A stretch of DNA of 64,000 bases from Candidatus Gottesmanbacteria bacterium (GTDB lineage Bacteria; Patescibacteriota; Microgenomatia; UBA10105; UBA927), in assembly GCA_963701185.1 (NCBI GenBank), contig OY969569.1, positions 859,548 to 923,547 of the forward strand, read 5' to 3'. How positions within the stretch are numbered: position 1 is the first letter of the stretch; each line of letters starts with the position of its first letter. The position numbers and the translations under genes were made by a program. Below are positions 7,698 to 16,815 of this stretch, in pieces. The notes below the pieces were generated by a model. That model saw only the letters and a list, made by a program, of their open reading frames with translations. It did not search any database and had not been told where the DNA came from.

Positions 7698-8111
7698 ATG
7701 ACTATCACCATCTGCGGCAGTATGCAGTTTCATCATGAAATGACCCAAATCCAGCTTTCGCTGGAGGATCAGGGGCATACGGTGTTGGTACCCAAAGATC
7801 TGACGATTCTTGAACAGAACGAGTCATATATGGGGACGGACGAAGAACGGATTTCCTCTAAAATTGAACACGATTTTATCCGCGAGCATTTTAAAAAGAT
7901 TGAAAAATCCGACGCGATACTCATACTCAATTACGAAAAAAAGAACATTGTCGGATATGTGGGGGGAAATACGTTTTTGGAAATGGGGTACGCGTTCGGG
8001 CTGGGGAAGAAGATTTATCTTTTATATCCGGTTCCGGAGATGGATTACAAGGTTGAAATGCATTCCATGAAGCCGGTTGTGTTACACGGGGATCTTTCAA
8101 CGCTACAGTAA
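7698..8111 (+). CDS. nucleoside 2-deoxyribosyltransferase-like protein
   Basis: ITICGSM...KIEKSDAILILN...YVGGNTFLEMGYAFGLGKKIY; ATG just after the tRNA. Confidence 0.75.
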   Translation: MTITICGSMQFHHEMTQIQLSLEDQGHTVLVPKDLTILEQNESYMGTDEERISSKIEHDFIREHFKKIEKSDAILILNYEKKNIVGYVGGNTFLEMGYAFGLGKKIYLLYPVPEMDYKVEMHSMKPVVLHGDLSTLQ

Positions 8112-10097
8112 CACGTCTTCCCCGTCTTTTTTATCCTGATGAATGAGCGTTCGAATTATTTTTCCCGCGCTGTCCAGAATCTCGAGCGTTCCGCCGTTTT
8201 GCCCCGTGAGCCGATCGTTGTACGTTTGTTCTGCGGCGCCCGTCCGGTCATCTGCCCGTATGTACCGTCCTGTTGCCGGAGTGAGTGTGATTCCCGGATA
8301 TGACAGGAGGGTCTCACGGACTTCGGCTGTTATAGGATGCGGCAAAATGCCGATTGCCGCCGGCCAGTCGGGCTGGCTGTTGACCATATACCGGTGGTAC
8401 AGGTTCACGGCGCTGTTCCCCGGAGGCCCCCCGAAAAGTTTTTCCAGGTATATAAGCATCTCCTGTTCGCGTGCAGGTTCAACTTTTTGAGGCGTTATCC
8501 ACACCATGTAGCTGGGGAAATCTGATGCAAGCACGGTCCCCTGACTGATAAGCGATCCGCGTCTTCCCGGTATCACGGTCGTTTTGAGGGAGTCGCCCCC
8601 GGTAAACCCCGCAATAAGGTACTGCGGCTGCCACGGAATGCGCCACCTGTTGTTTTCGTTGACAATAGGAAGACGGATTTTTTCCGTAAACCCACCCAGA
8701 TTTCTCGTGGTGTATGTTACCTCCAGTACTATGTATTGCGGACTGGCAAATTGTTTCCATGCGACCGGTTCGGCAGTAATGCTGATGGATTCAATATCTC
8801 CGTCCTTTATAATCCGCTGCATGTTCCGATGAAATGCATGTCTTGCCTCGGTTCTCTTTGTACTGTCGGTAAAGCGTTCATACATATCCTGGAAAAATCC
8901 GTGTTTCCAGTCGTAGAGAAACTGCCCGACGTCAGCTTCCGGCGTGGGAAATACGGCGTGCCAACCGGCATAGGCATTGAAAAACAGAAGGCTGCATGCG
9001 CAGGCGACAACCACCCATGTAGGTTTGAACGTCCGGATTGCAACAGCAGCCCCGATATACAAAAACGGAACAGTTAGGAGTAAATACCGCGTCCAGAAAG
9101 GAACAAACGTATAGAAGAGCATGATGAAAAAGACGGAGACCCAGATGGTGGCAACCCACATATTTTTCCGCGTCCTGTATGCCGTGTATGCGGAAAGAAT
9201 TGTGATAATCGGCCATGCTACGCTCCACTCCGGCACGGGTTGCCAAAGTTTGGTGAAGAGGTTTTGGGAGCGGTCAAAGAGTAGGGTCGTCCAGATACTT
9301 CCGATATTGGACTCCAATCGACTATTGGTGTAGAACATAAACATCCATTTTTGAACGCGCAGCCAATCAAGAAGCGTATGGCCCAACAAAAAATAGCGGG
9401 CATAGGAGAGCACATACATGCCTATTGCTGATACAAGAAAGATTAGTATATTGCGCGTTGAGCGTGTTTTTTTCCAGATATAATACCCGCCGACTGTCAG
9501 TAATATGACGGATAAAATCGGATACTTGATCGCAGAAAAAATACCCAGCGCAAGGCCTGCAGATGCGACACGCATGGGTCTGTATGGTTGGCCGACCGAA
9601 TAATGCAGCAGAATAAAGAACAGAAGGAGTGCAGAAAGATGCAGCGTGTCCAGCATAGTAGCCGTCCATTGTGACAGGAATATGAGATCAAAGGAGAACC
9701 AGGTGGCGGCAAGAAGCGCGTAGGTCGTATTCTTCAGTATGATTTTTGCCAAAACATAGAATAACAGTGCGGCCATAATCGATGTTGTTACCCCGTACCA
9801 ATATCCGTTTCCCGCAAGTTGTATGACGGCACCAATTGCGTATTTCCCCAACGGGGGAATCTCCGCGTTGTATTTTGTCGGATCAATGCCATAGACGAGT
9901 TGATACCCTTCATAGGCGTATAGCCCGTTATCACCGAGTGTTCTGTCGGAAAGAGGCAATTGCCATTGGGAATGTTCAAACCGGTCTTTCCAATACACAG
10001 CATCATAGGGGGACATAAGCTGCGCCCGGTTGGCCCAGAACAGTACGCCGGCAAGAAGAACGAGGAGTATAACGAGTACGACGTTCAATTTTTTCAC
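8103..10097 (-). CDS. GT-C (PMT/GT39-like) glycosyltransferase fused to NTF2-like (MecA_N) and PBP-dimerisation modules
   Basis: DNGLY, EIPPLGKYAI, about 11 TM helices; then FFQDMY...WRIPWQP...PGRRGSL...DGEDVLL; no transpeptidase domain. Confidence 0.7.
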   Translation of the reverse strand: MKKLNVVLVILLVLLAGVLFWANRAQLMSPYDAVYWKDRFEHSQWQLPLSDRTLGDNGLYAYEGYQLVYGIDPTKYNAEIPPLGKYAIGAVIQLAGNGYWYGVTTSIMAALLFYVLAKIILKNTTYALLAATWFSFDLIFLSQWTATMLDTLHLSALLLFFILLHYSVGQPYRPMRVASAGLALGIFSAIKYPILSVILLTVGGYYIWKKTRSTRNILIFLVSAIGMYVLSYARYFLLGHTLLDWLRVQKWMFMFYTNSRLESNIGSIWTTLLFDRSQNLFTKLWQPVPEWSVAWPIITILSAYTAYRTRKNMWVATIWVSVFFIMLFYTFVPFWTRYLLLTVPFLYIGAAVAIRTFKPTWVVVACACSLLFFNAYAGWHAVFPTPEADVGQFLYDWKHGFFQDMYERFTDSTKRTEARHAFHRNMQRIIKDGDIESISITAEPVAWKQFASPQYIVLEVTYTTRNLGGFTEKIRLPIVNENNRWRIPWQPQYLIAGFTGGDSLKTTVIPGRRGSLISQGTVLASDFPSYMVWITPQKVEPAREQEMLIYLEKLFGGPPGNSAVNLYHRYMVNSQPDWPAAIGILPHPITAEVRETLLSYPGITLTPATGRYIRADDRTGAAEQTYNDRLTGQNGGTLEILDSAGKIIRTLIHQDKKDGEDVLL

Positions 10098-10120
10098 GTT
10101 AGGGGTATAATAGGCTCTAA

Positions 10121-10192
10121 GCTCTCGTAGTTCAATGGATAGAATACGCCCCTCCGAAGGGTGTGATTGCAGTTCGACTCTGCACGAGAGCG
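10121..10192 (+). tRNA. tRNA-Arg(CCG)
   Basis: GCTCTCG/CGAGAGC acceptor, CGCCC-CTCCGAA-GGGTG; body nearly identical to tRNA-Arg(GCG). Confidence 0.92.
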
Positions 10193-10194
10193 CA

Positions 10195-11106
10195 TTACCT
10201 GCTTACCCAATCTTTTACTTCCTGCAGGAGTCCCGAGCCGCTGGTAATCACAATACCAACAAGAACAAGGGCGGTGCCGAAAACAAACGCCGGTGAGATA
10301 GCTTCCTTCAGTACTGCGACATTGACGAGAATGGAGAAAACCGGCCCGATATAATTCTGAAGCGATGCGGTCGTTGCCGATGAGTGCTTAATTGCCCATT
10401 GGTACAAAAGATATGTGGCGACGGTAACGATCACGCCCAAGTGAAGAACAAGCAAAATCGTTGAAGGTTGAAGAAGAGTCGGTATATACGAAGGTTTAAA
10501 CGTAAACAGACTGATGACGAAAAATACGGCGGTTGTCGTAAATAAAAACATGCTTGTGACGGCGACAGGAGAGTACCCTTTATCTGCAATGGCCCGGCGT
10601 GAGCTGATTGTATAAAAGGACCATGCTATTGTGGCACATACAAAAAAGATATTTCCCGTTATGTTCCCTGAAACTGACTCACCCCGTGAAAAGGTCGGAA
10701 GAAAGGCTATAAAAAGAATTCCTGCAAATCCCACAAGAATACCTGTGAGTTTTTGCCTATTCAACCGTTCACCGATAAGATAGTGAGCTAAAATCGCGGT
10801 GAGCATCGGCGCGCCGGCGTAGGTGAGTGTCGCGGCATTGGCAGTGGAGAGTGATAATCCAAGATAATAAAAAAGGATGTTTATGGTGGCAAGAAGAGAA
10901 AAAGGGATGAGGTCGCGCATAAGATGCTTGCGTGTAACATTCGTTTTTAAAAAAATGGGCAAAATGACGAGTGAGGCTACAAAAAAACGAAGGAATGCGG
11001 CAAAATACGGGTCAAACTCCCGTACGATAATTTTGGAGAGCCCTGCGGTGGACCAGAGGAGCGAAGCCAGGATAATCGCAATAAGCGCTTTCGTGCGGGA
11101 AGACAT
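10195..11106 (-). CDS. EamA/DMT family transporter
   Basis: About 10 TM helices in two repeats; LRFFVA, LIGERL, LKEAI. Confidence 0.9.
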   Translation of the reverse strand: MSSRTKALIAIILASLLWSTAGLSKIIVREFDPYFAAFLRFFVASLVILPIFLKTNVTRKHLMRDLIPFSLLATINILFYYLGLSLSTANAATLTYAGAPMLTAILAHYLIGERLNRQKLTGILVGFAGILFIAFLPTFSRGESVSGNITGNIFFVCATIAWSFYTISSRRAIADKGYSPVAVTSMFLFTTTAVFFVISLFTFKPSYIPTLLQPSTILLVLHLGVIVTVATYLLYQWAIKHSSATTASLQNYIGPVFSILVNVAVLKEAISPAFVFGTALVLVGIVITSGSGLLQEVKDWVSR

Positions 11107-11134
11107 GCCCCTATTATAGTATAATTAGCCTATT

Positions 11135-11220
11135 GGAGAGGTGTGATAATTGGTAGTCGCCTCGCTTGGAAAGCGAGTGTCCTGGAAACGGGATTAGGGG
11201 TTCGAATCCCCTCCTCTCCG
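11135..11220 (+). tRNA. tRNA-Ser(GGA)
   Basis: CTCGC-TTGGAAA-GCGAG, long variable arm, GGGGTTCGAATCCCC. Confidence 0.92.
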
Positions 11221-11227
11221 CCCGAAT

Positions 11228-11545
11228 ATGGATATACATGATTTAACGGAAAAAATTGAAAAGATATCGGAGAATTACTCGAAAAAATATCAATTCGAGC
11301 GTGACCCCGATTGGTTTGTGCTGAAGCTTCAGGAAGAGCTCGGTGAGCTTATTCAGGCGTACCTTATGGTGCAAGGCAAAGCGCGGCAAAAAGGTAAAAG
11401 CAAAGAACAAATCCGGGATGATTTCGAAAATGAGGTAGCAGATGTATTGGCGCATACCCTTCTTCTGGCCAAACATTTTCACGTTGACCTGGATAAGGTT
11501 TTTGAAGGGAAATGGCTGAAGTGGGCTCAAAAGGAAGACGCATGA
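11228..11545 (+). CDS. MazG-like nucleotide pyrophosphohydrolase
   Basis: KLQEELGEL...ENEVADVL...KW. Confidence 0.85.
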   Translation: MDIHDLTEKIEKISENYSKKYQFERDPDWFVLKLQEELGELIQAYLMVQGKARQKGKSKEQIRDDFENEVADVLAHTLLLAKHFHVDLDKVFEGKWLKWAQKEDA

Positions 11546-12012
11546 TTACCTGCACGTTTGAAAAGGGAAATGCCGCGCGTCTGCGGCATGTGGTGGTGCA
11601 TGCCATTATTGAGATGGATGGGAAGCTGCTTTTGGAGAAACGGACCGGCGACCTTTTAGAGAGCGGTAAATGGAGTTTACCCTCAGGATTTCTGGACCGC
11701 GATGAGACGGCAGCCGAAGGCATTGTGCGGGAGGTGAAAGAAGAAACAGGATGGGATTGCAAAGTTATCTCTTTGTTCCGCATCAACACCAACCCCAACC
11801 GGCCGCATGAAGACCGTCAGAATGTTTCGATTGAATTTTTGGTGAAAGCAATTAAAAAAACCGGTGAAAAGGACGCCGAGTCATCCAAGGTTGAATGGAT
11901 TCCGATTGATAAGCTTATCCCGCTATCTGATTTCGCGTTTGATCACGGGGAAAGTATAGGATTGTACCTCACGTACAGGAAAACTCCGTTTCCACTCCCG
12001 ATTATGGTATAG
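11542..12012 (+). CDS. NUDIX hydrolase
   Basis: Nudix box GFLDRDETAAEGIVREVKEETG; AFDH. Confidence 0.9.
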   Translation: MITCTFEKGNAARLRHVVVHAIIEMDGKLLLEKRTGDLLESGKWSLPSGFLDRDETAAEGIVREVKEETGWDCKVISLFRINTNPNRPHEDRQNVSIEFLVKAIKKTGEKDAESSKVEWIPIDKLIPLSDFAFDHGESIGLYLTYRKTPFPLPIMV

Positions 12013-12022
12013 TTGCCCTGCT

Positions 12023-13762
12023 ATGGCTGACACAGATGAGATTAAATCCCGCATCAATATCGTTGACTATATCGGAAAGCGCGTAACGCTTAAAAAAACC
12101 GGCAGGAATTATAAGGGCTTGTGTCCGTTCCACAACGAAAAAACGCCGTCATTTATCGTATCTCCGGAGCGCCAAACCTTCCATTGCTTCGGTTGCTCCA
12201 AGGGTGGGGACATATTCGCATTTGTCATGGAATATGACCATGTGGATTTTGTCGAGGCGCTTGCGGAACTGGCGGAGATTACCGGCGTAAAGCTTACCCG
12301 CCGCGCGGGGGATACTCCGGAAGTCAAACTCAAGCAAAAAATATTTGAAGTCAACCATCTGGCGAGCGAGTACTATCAGTACATCCTCACCAAGCACAAG
12401 CTGGGTGAAAAGGCACGTGACTATCTCAAACACCGCGAGGTTAGCGACAAATCCATAAAAACATTTGCCTTAGGCTACAGCCCGAACAGCTGGGATGCCG
12501 CATCATCCTATTTAAAGAAAAAAGGATATGAAGAAAAACTTCTGGAGACGGCAGGGCTAACGATCAGGGGAAATAGAGACTACTATGACCGGTTCCGCGG
12601 CCGCGTCATGTTTACCCTGAAAGATCACAGAGGAAATGTCGTGGGGTTTTCCGGACGGGTTCTGGATTCTACGGCTAAAGAGGCAAAATACATTAATACA
12701 TCCGAAACGCCGGTCTATATCAAAGGGAATGTCCTTTATGGATTGGATGTGACCAAAGCTGCAATACAAAAAGAAAATGAGGCAATCGTTATGGAAGGGG
12801 AACTGGATTGTATTTCTTCATTTCAGGCGGGGATCAGTAACGTTGTGGCGATTAAAGGGTCTGCGCTCACCGAGGGGCATGTCAATCTCATCCGCCGGTA
12901 TACCGAAAAATTATTGTTTGCCCTCGATAGCGACATGGCAGGGGACGCCGCGGCGCGGCGCGGCATAGAGATGGCCGACCGCGCGGGGCTGGACATGCGC
13001 GTCGTGACCTTGCCGTCCGGGAAAGATCCTGATGATGCGGTGCGGGAAAACGCGGCTGCCGTGAAAAAAGCCATCAAAAACGCGATTCCCATCTATGATT
13101 ATTTCATAGCATCCGCCGTCAAACGCTTTGACGCGCAAACTGCGTTCGGGAAGAAAAAAGTAAGTGAGGAGCTCCTGCCGATTTTGGCAAAGATTGAAAA
13201 TCCGATCGTCCAGGGGCATTACATCAAAAAGCTGGCGGGCGCTCTGGATGCATCGGAGGAAACTGTTACGGAGAGTATGCGGAGGCTCCATAAAGGTGAG
13301 GGGTTTAGTGCCGTGAAAGGGGAAAAAACAGAGAAAATCACGACCCGTTCGCAAAAATTGGAGACGTACATGCTGGCATTGGTTCTGCAGGGGAAAACGG
13401 CTGAATTGTTTGAAGAATTATCAGAGAGGATTACCCTTGCGGACGTTGCCAATCCTGCCGTGCAAAAAATTTTGGAGCAATTACAATCGTTTTTGGCTGC
13501 CAATAAGGTATTTCTTATCAAGGATTTTGCCGATTCCCTGCCGGTTGAACTTGTTCCGACGCTGGACGAGGCGTTTTTATGGGACATTGGAGATCAACTG
13601 GGAGATGGGGAACTTTTTGCCCGCGAATGGATGTCGGTATTGCGGGAGATGGAGCGTGTCTTGGTGAAGCGGGAAATTCACATACTTACACGTGATCCGG
13701 ATCATGCAGATCAGCTTCGGGCGCTTACGGACCGCCTAAAAGCACTGGAAAAAGAAGGATAA
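12023..13762 (+). CDS. dnaG: DNA primase
   Basis: CPFHNEKTPSF...CFGC Zn finger, KYINTSET, EGELD, DSDMAG, KDPDD. Confidence 0.97.
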   Translation: MADTDEIKSRINIVDYIGKRVTLKKTGRNYKGLCPFHNEKTPSFIVSPERQTFHCFGCSKGGDIFAFVMEYDHVDFVEALAELAEITGVKLTRRAGDTPEVKLKQKIFEVNHLASEYYQYILTKHKLGEKARDYLKHREVSDKSIKTFALGYSPNSWDAASSYLKKKGYEEKLLETAGLTIRGNRDYYDRFRGRVMFTLKDHRGNVVGFSGRVLDSTAKEAKYINTSETPVYIKGNVLYGLDVTKAAIQKENEAIVMEGELDCISSFQAGISNVVAIKGSALTEGHVNLIRRYTEKLLFALDSDMAGDAAARRGIEMADRAGLDMRVVTLPSGKDPDDAVRENAAAVKKAIKNAIPIYDYFIASAVKRFDAQTAFGKKKVSEELLPILAKIENPIVQGHYIKKLAGALDASEETVTESMRRLHKGEGFSAVKGEKTEKITTRSQKLETYMLALVLQGKTAELFEELSERITLADVANPAVQKILEQLQSFLAANKVFLIKDFADSLPVELVPTLDEAFLWDIGDQLGDGELFAREWMSVLREMERVLVKREIHILTRDPDHADQLRALTDRLKALEKEG

Positions 13763-13835
13763 ATCTGGTATAATCTTCTGTGAAGCGTGATTCATTGTTT
13801 CCACTCAAGGCGGAGGCAGGGATCTACGGAAATTT

Positions 13836-14927
13836 ATGGCTACCAAACCGAAAACCCTCGCTACTGTTGCCGATCTTATCAAAGAAGGAAAAAATAACGG
13901 TTTTGTCACGCAGGATGACATTCTCTTCCTATATCCCAAGCCGGAAGATCATATTAAAGAGCTCGATGATCTCTACGGGAAGCTTATCCATGCAGGGATT
14001 GACGTTTTTGAAACAACCTCCCAGGACATTGAGAAAGAAGCAAGCAAATCCATTCAGGATCTGGAAAAAGAAATAGAGGCGCTGGTGCGTGCATCCGCAG
14101 AGGGGGTTTCCGATCCGGTCCGTATGTATCTCAAGGAAATAGGCCGCATCCCTCTTCTGACGTTTGCCGATGAAATCTCGCTTGCCAAACGCTATGAAAA
14201 AGGCGACAGACGCGCCAAGAAAAAACTTATTGAATCAAACCTCCGTCTGGTCGTTTCCATTGCAAAAAAGTACATCGGCCGCGGCATGAGCCTTCTTGAT
14301 CTTATCCAGGAGGGGAATCAGGGGCTGATCCGTGCTGTCGAGAAATACGACTGGCGTAAAGGCTATAAGTTTTCAACGTACGCCACCTGGTGGATCCGGC
14401 AGGCCATTACCCGCGCGATTGCCGACCAGGCACGTACCATCAGAATTCCCGTACATATGGTGGAGACGATTAACCGGTTTGTCCGCGCCTCCCGCCGCCT
14501 CATGCAGGACCTCGGCCGCGAGCCTACGCCGGAGGAAATTGCCAAAGTCATGGAAGTGGATGTGACAAAGGTTCGGGAAATCATGAAAGTGTCCCAGGAG
14601 CCGACGAGCCTTGAAACGCCGGTGGGCGATGAGGAAGATTCGCATCTCGGCGATTTTATTTCCGATCCCGGTCCCACGCCGTATGAACAGACGTCGCGTC
14701 AGCTTCTCAAAGAACATATGGAAGAAGTTCTCACCACGCTTTCCGACCGCGAGAAAAAAGTACTCATTCTTCGTTTTGGTCTGGAAGACGGGCGCCCCCG
14801 GACGCTTGAAGAAGTCGGGGCGCAGTTCGGCGTCACCCGCGAACGCATACGACAAATCGAGGCAAAGGCGCTACGAAAACTTCGTCACCCCTCAAGAAGT
14901 AAAAAATTAAAAGATTATCTTGAGTAA
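13836..14927 (+). CDS. rpoD: primary RNA polymerase sigma factor
   Basis: [47 protein letters not shown]. Confidence 0.97.
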   Translation: MATKPKTLATVADLIKEGKNNGFVTQDDILFLYPKPEDHIKELDDLYGKLIHAGIDVFETTSQDIEKEASKSIQDLEKEIEALVRASAEGVSDPVRMYLKEIGRIPLLTFADEISLAKRYEKGDRRAKKKLIESNLRLVVSIAKKYIGRGMSLLDLIQEGNQGLIRAVEKYDWRKGYKFSTYATWWIRQAITRAIADQARTIRIPVHMVETINRFVRASRRLMQDLGREPTPEEIAKVMEVDVTKVREIMKVSQEPTSLETPVGDEEDSHLGDFISDPGPTPYEQTSRQLLKEHMEEVLTTLSDREKKVLILRFGLEDGRPRTLEEVGAQFGVTRERIRQIEAKALRKLRHPSRSKKLKDYLE

Positions 14928-16080
14928 AATTTTTCTTTTCATTCTTTTTCTTGTTGCCGGTGCGTTAAGCGCCGTTGGGCTTATGTATGGTTTGGGCGCG
15001 TCTCCGGTAAGGTTTGATAATCCCATTCTTACCACATTTGACGTAAAAAAACCGGAGATTGTCGGATTCTTACCATACTGGCTCATCAGTAAAACGGATA
15101 AAGATTATTCAAAATACATTACGACGCTTACGTACTTCGGGCTGACACTCAATAGCGACGGCACGGTTAAAAAACTCACCAATCCTCAGGAGGAAGAACC
15201 GGGGTGGACCGCCCTCAAGGCGGATACGTACCAGAAATACAATGCAAAACAGTCGCTGCTTGTTGTAAGCGGCGATGACGGCGCCATCGGCGATATGATC
15301 GGCAATCCCGTTGCCAGCGCGAACAATTTAATCGCGGACGTTGCCCCGATTATGAAAGAAAAGGGATTTACCGATTTAAACCTCGACATCGAAACATTTA
15401 TGGACGCATCGGAAAGTGCCCGCACCAACTTTACGTTGTTTGTGCAGACGGTGACAGAGCAGATAAAAGACCAAAAATTGGGGACGGTCACGCTTGACCT
15501 CATTCCCATAGCTCTGGTAAAAAGCAAAATCTATGACGCAAAAGCCCTCGGTGCGATTGTCGATCGCGTGGTGCTTATGACGTATGACTACCATTATACC
15601 GGGTCGTTTACGTCCGGTGCCAACGCACCGATCGGGGGAGCGGAGGTCACGATAGAATATGATACCCAAACGGCAGTGAAAGAAGCGCTCAAGGTGATGC
15701 CGCCGCAAAAAATACTTTTAGGAATTCCGCTTTATGGCTATGAATGGGAAACCCTAGGTTCCGCTCCCGAGTCGGCAACGATTCCCGGCGGATCATCTAT
15801 TGCCAGCGTTCGACGGGTTGCAGATCTTTTATCAGCCTGTGCAACATGTTCAGCTCAAATTGATCAAGTCGCCAAAGAACCATACGTCATTTATCAGGAC
15901 AATGATTACTTTAACCAGATTTATTTTGAAAATGAGGACTCGATGAAGGAAAAAATAGCGATGGCTCAAACATATCATCTCGGCGGTGTTGCCCTGTGGG
16001 CATTGGGATATGAGGACAGTACGATGCTTACGCCCTTATCAACATACAAAAACACGTTGGATTTATCTAACCTGTATTAA
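14920..16080 (+). CDS. glycoside hydrolase family 18 (peptidoglycan/chitin hydrolase-like)
   Basis: Signal anchor; [33 protein letters not shown]. Confidence 0.85.
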   Translation: MSKIFLFILFLVAGALSAVGLMYGLGASPVRFDNPILTTFDVKKPEIVGFLPYWLISKTDKDYSKYITTLTYFGLTLNSDGTVKKLTNPQEEEPGWTALKADTYQKYNAKQSLLVVSGDDGAIGDMIGNPVASANNLIADVAPIMKEKGFTDLNLDIETFMDASESARTNFTLFVQTVTEQIKDQKLGTVTLDLIPIALVKSKIYDAKALGAIVDRVVLMTYDYHYTGSFTSGANAPIGGAEVTIEYDTQTAVKEALKVMPPQKILLGIPLYGYEWETLGSAPESATIPGGSSIASVRRVADLLSACATCSAQIDQVAKEPYVIYQDNDYFNQIYFENEDSMKEKIAMAQTYHLGGVALWALGYEDSTMLTPLSTYKNTLDLSNLY

Positions 16081-16710
16081 AACCACTGTTCGCGCCTCGT
16101 CATCGATATTTGCCCGTTGACCGGCTTTCATAGTCCATACCCGCGTATTGTTATCCATATCCACAAGCGCAAATTTTACTGACCCGGTTTTGACGGTGAT
16201 AGACAGGTCACTATCAATGATAGTGATTGTTGTATCTCCGGGACCTATGGTTACCAGCGTATGAAGCGCGCGTACGGAAACCGGTTGGGTGACAAGATAT
16301 TCTATTTTTCCCGACTTTTGCTGGAGAACGAAATTGACAGGAAATAGGTTGGCAAACACAAGTTCCGCTACCGGCCCCATATTGATATTGGCGATGCCTT
16401 GTACAATGGCAGTAGCAGTCGAATTTTCCTTCGTCGCCACGGATTCCCCAAGCAAAATCTGTGCTCCTGTTGATGATTCTTTATACTCAGTATCCCCTCG
16501 GGAAAATTTTTGGGCATGTCCTCCGGTGACGGTGAGTGTCCCCGATACCGCCTGTGACGGAGGCACAAGGGCGAATGTCGGTTCCGGCGTGGGTTTGACC
16601 GCAGGTGTTTTGATTACTGGCGCAGTCTGTCTGTCGCGGATATATTGGTATCCTAAGACCCCGCCAAAACCGAGGATAAAGGCGACCAGTACCGGAAGAA
16701 TGTTTTTCAT
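16063..16710 (-). CDS. membrane-anchored FecR-like domain protein
   Basis: TM helix then beta-rich domain with GESVAT, ITVKTGSV, MKAGQ. Confidence 0.55.
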   Translation of the reverse strand: MKNILPVLVAFILGFGGVLGYQYIRDRQTAPVIKTPAVKPTPEPTFALVPPSQAVSGTLTVTGGHAQKFSRGDTEYKESSTGAQILLGESVATKENSTATAIVQGIANINMGPVAELVFANLFPVNFVLQQKSGKIEYLVTQPVSVRALHTLVTIGPGDTTITIIDSDLSITVKTGSVKFALVDMDNNTRVWTMKAGQRANIDDEARTVVLIQVR

Positions 16711-16728
16711 AGTCAAATTTTTTCCTTT

Positions 16729-16811
16729 ATCGTCTAATTTTGTCTAAGTTGATAACCATGTAATTTAGTCTTAAATAAGAGTGATCGTCTAATTTTGTCT
16801 AAATTGTCTAA
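16729..16811. repeat. 19-bp direct repeat built from GTCTAA units
   Basis: ATCGTCTAATTTTGTCTAA at 16729-16747 and 16784-16802, plus TTGTCTAA 16804-16811. Confidence 0.85.
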
Positions 16812-16815
16812 TGTA

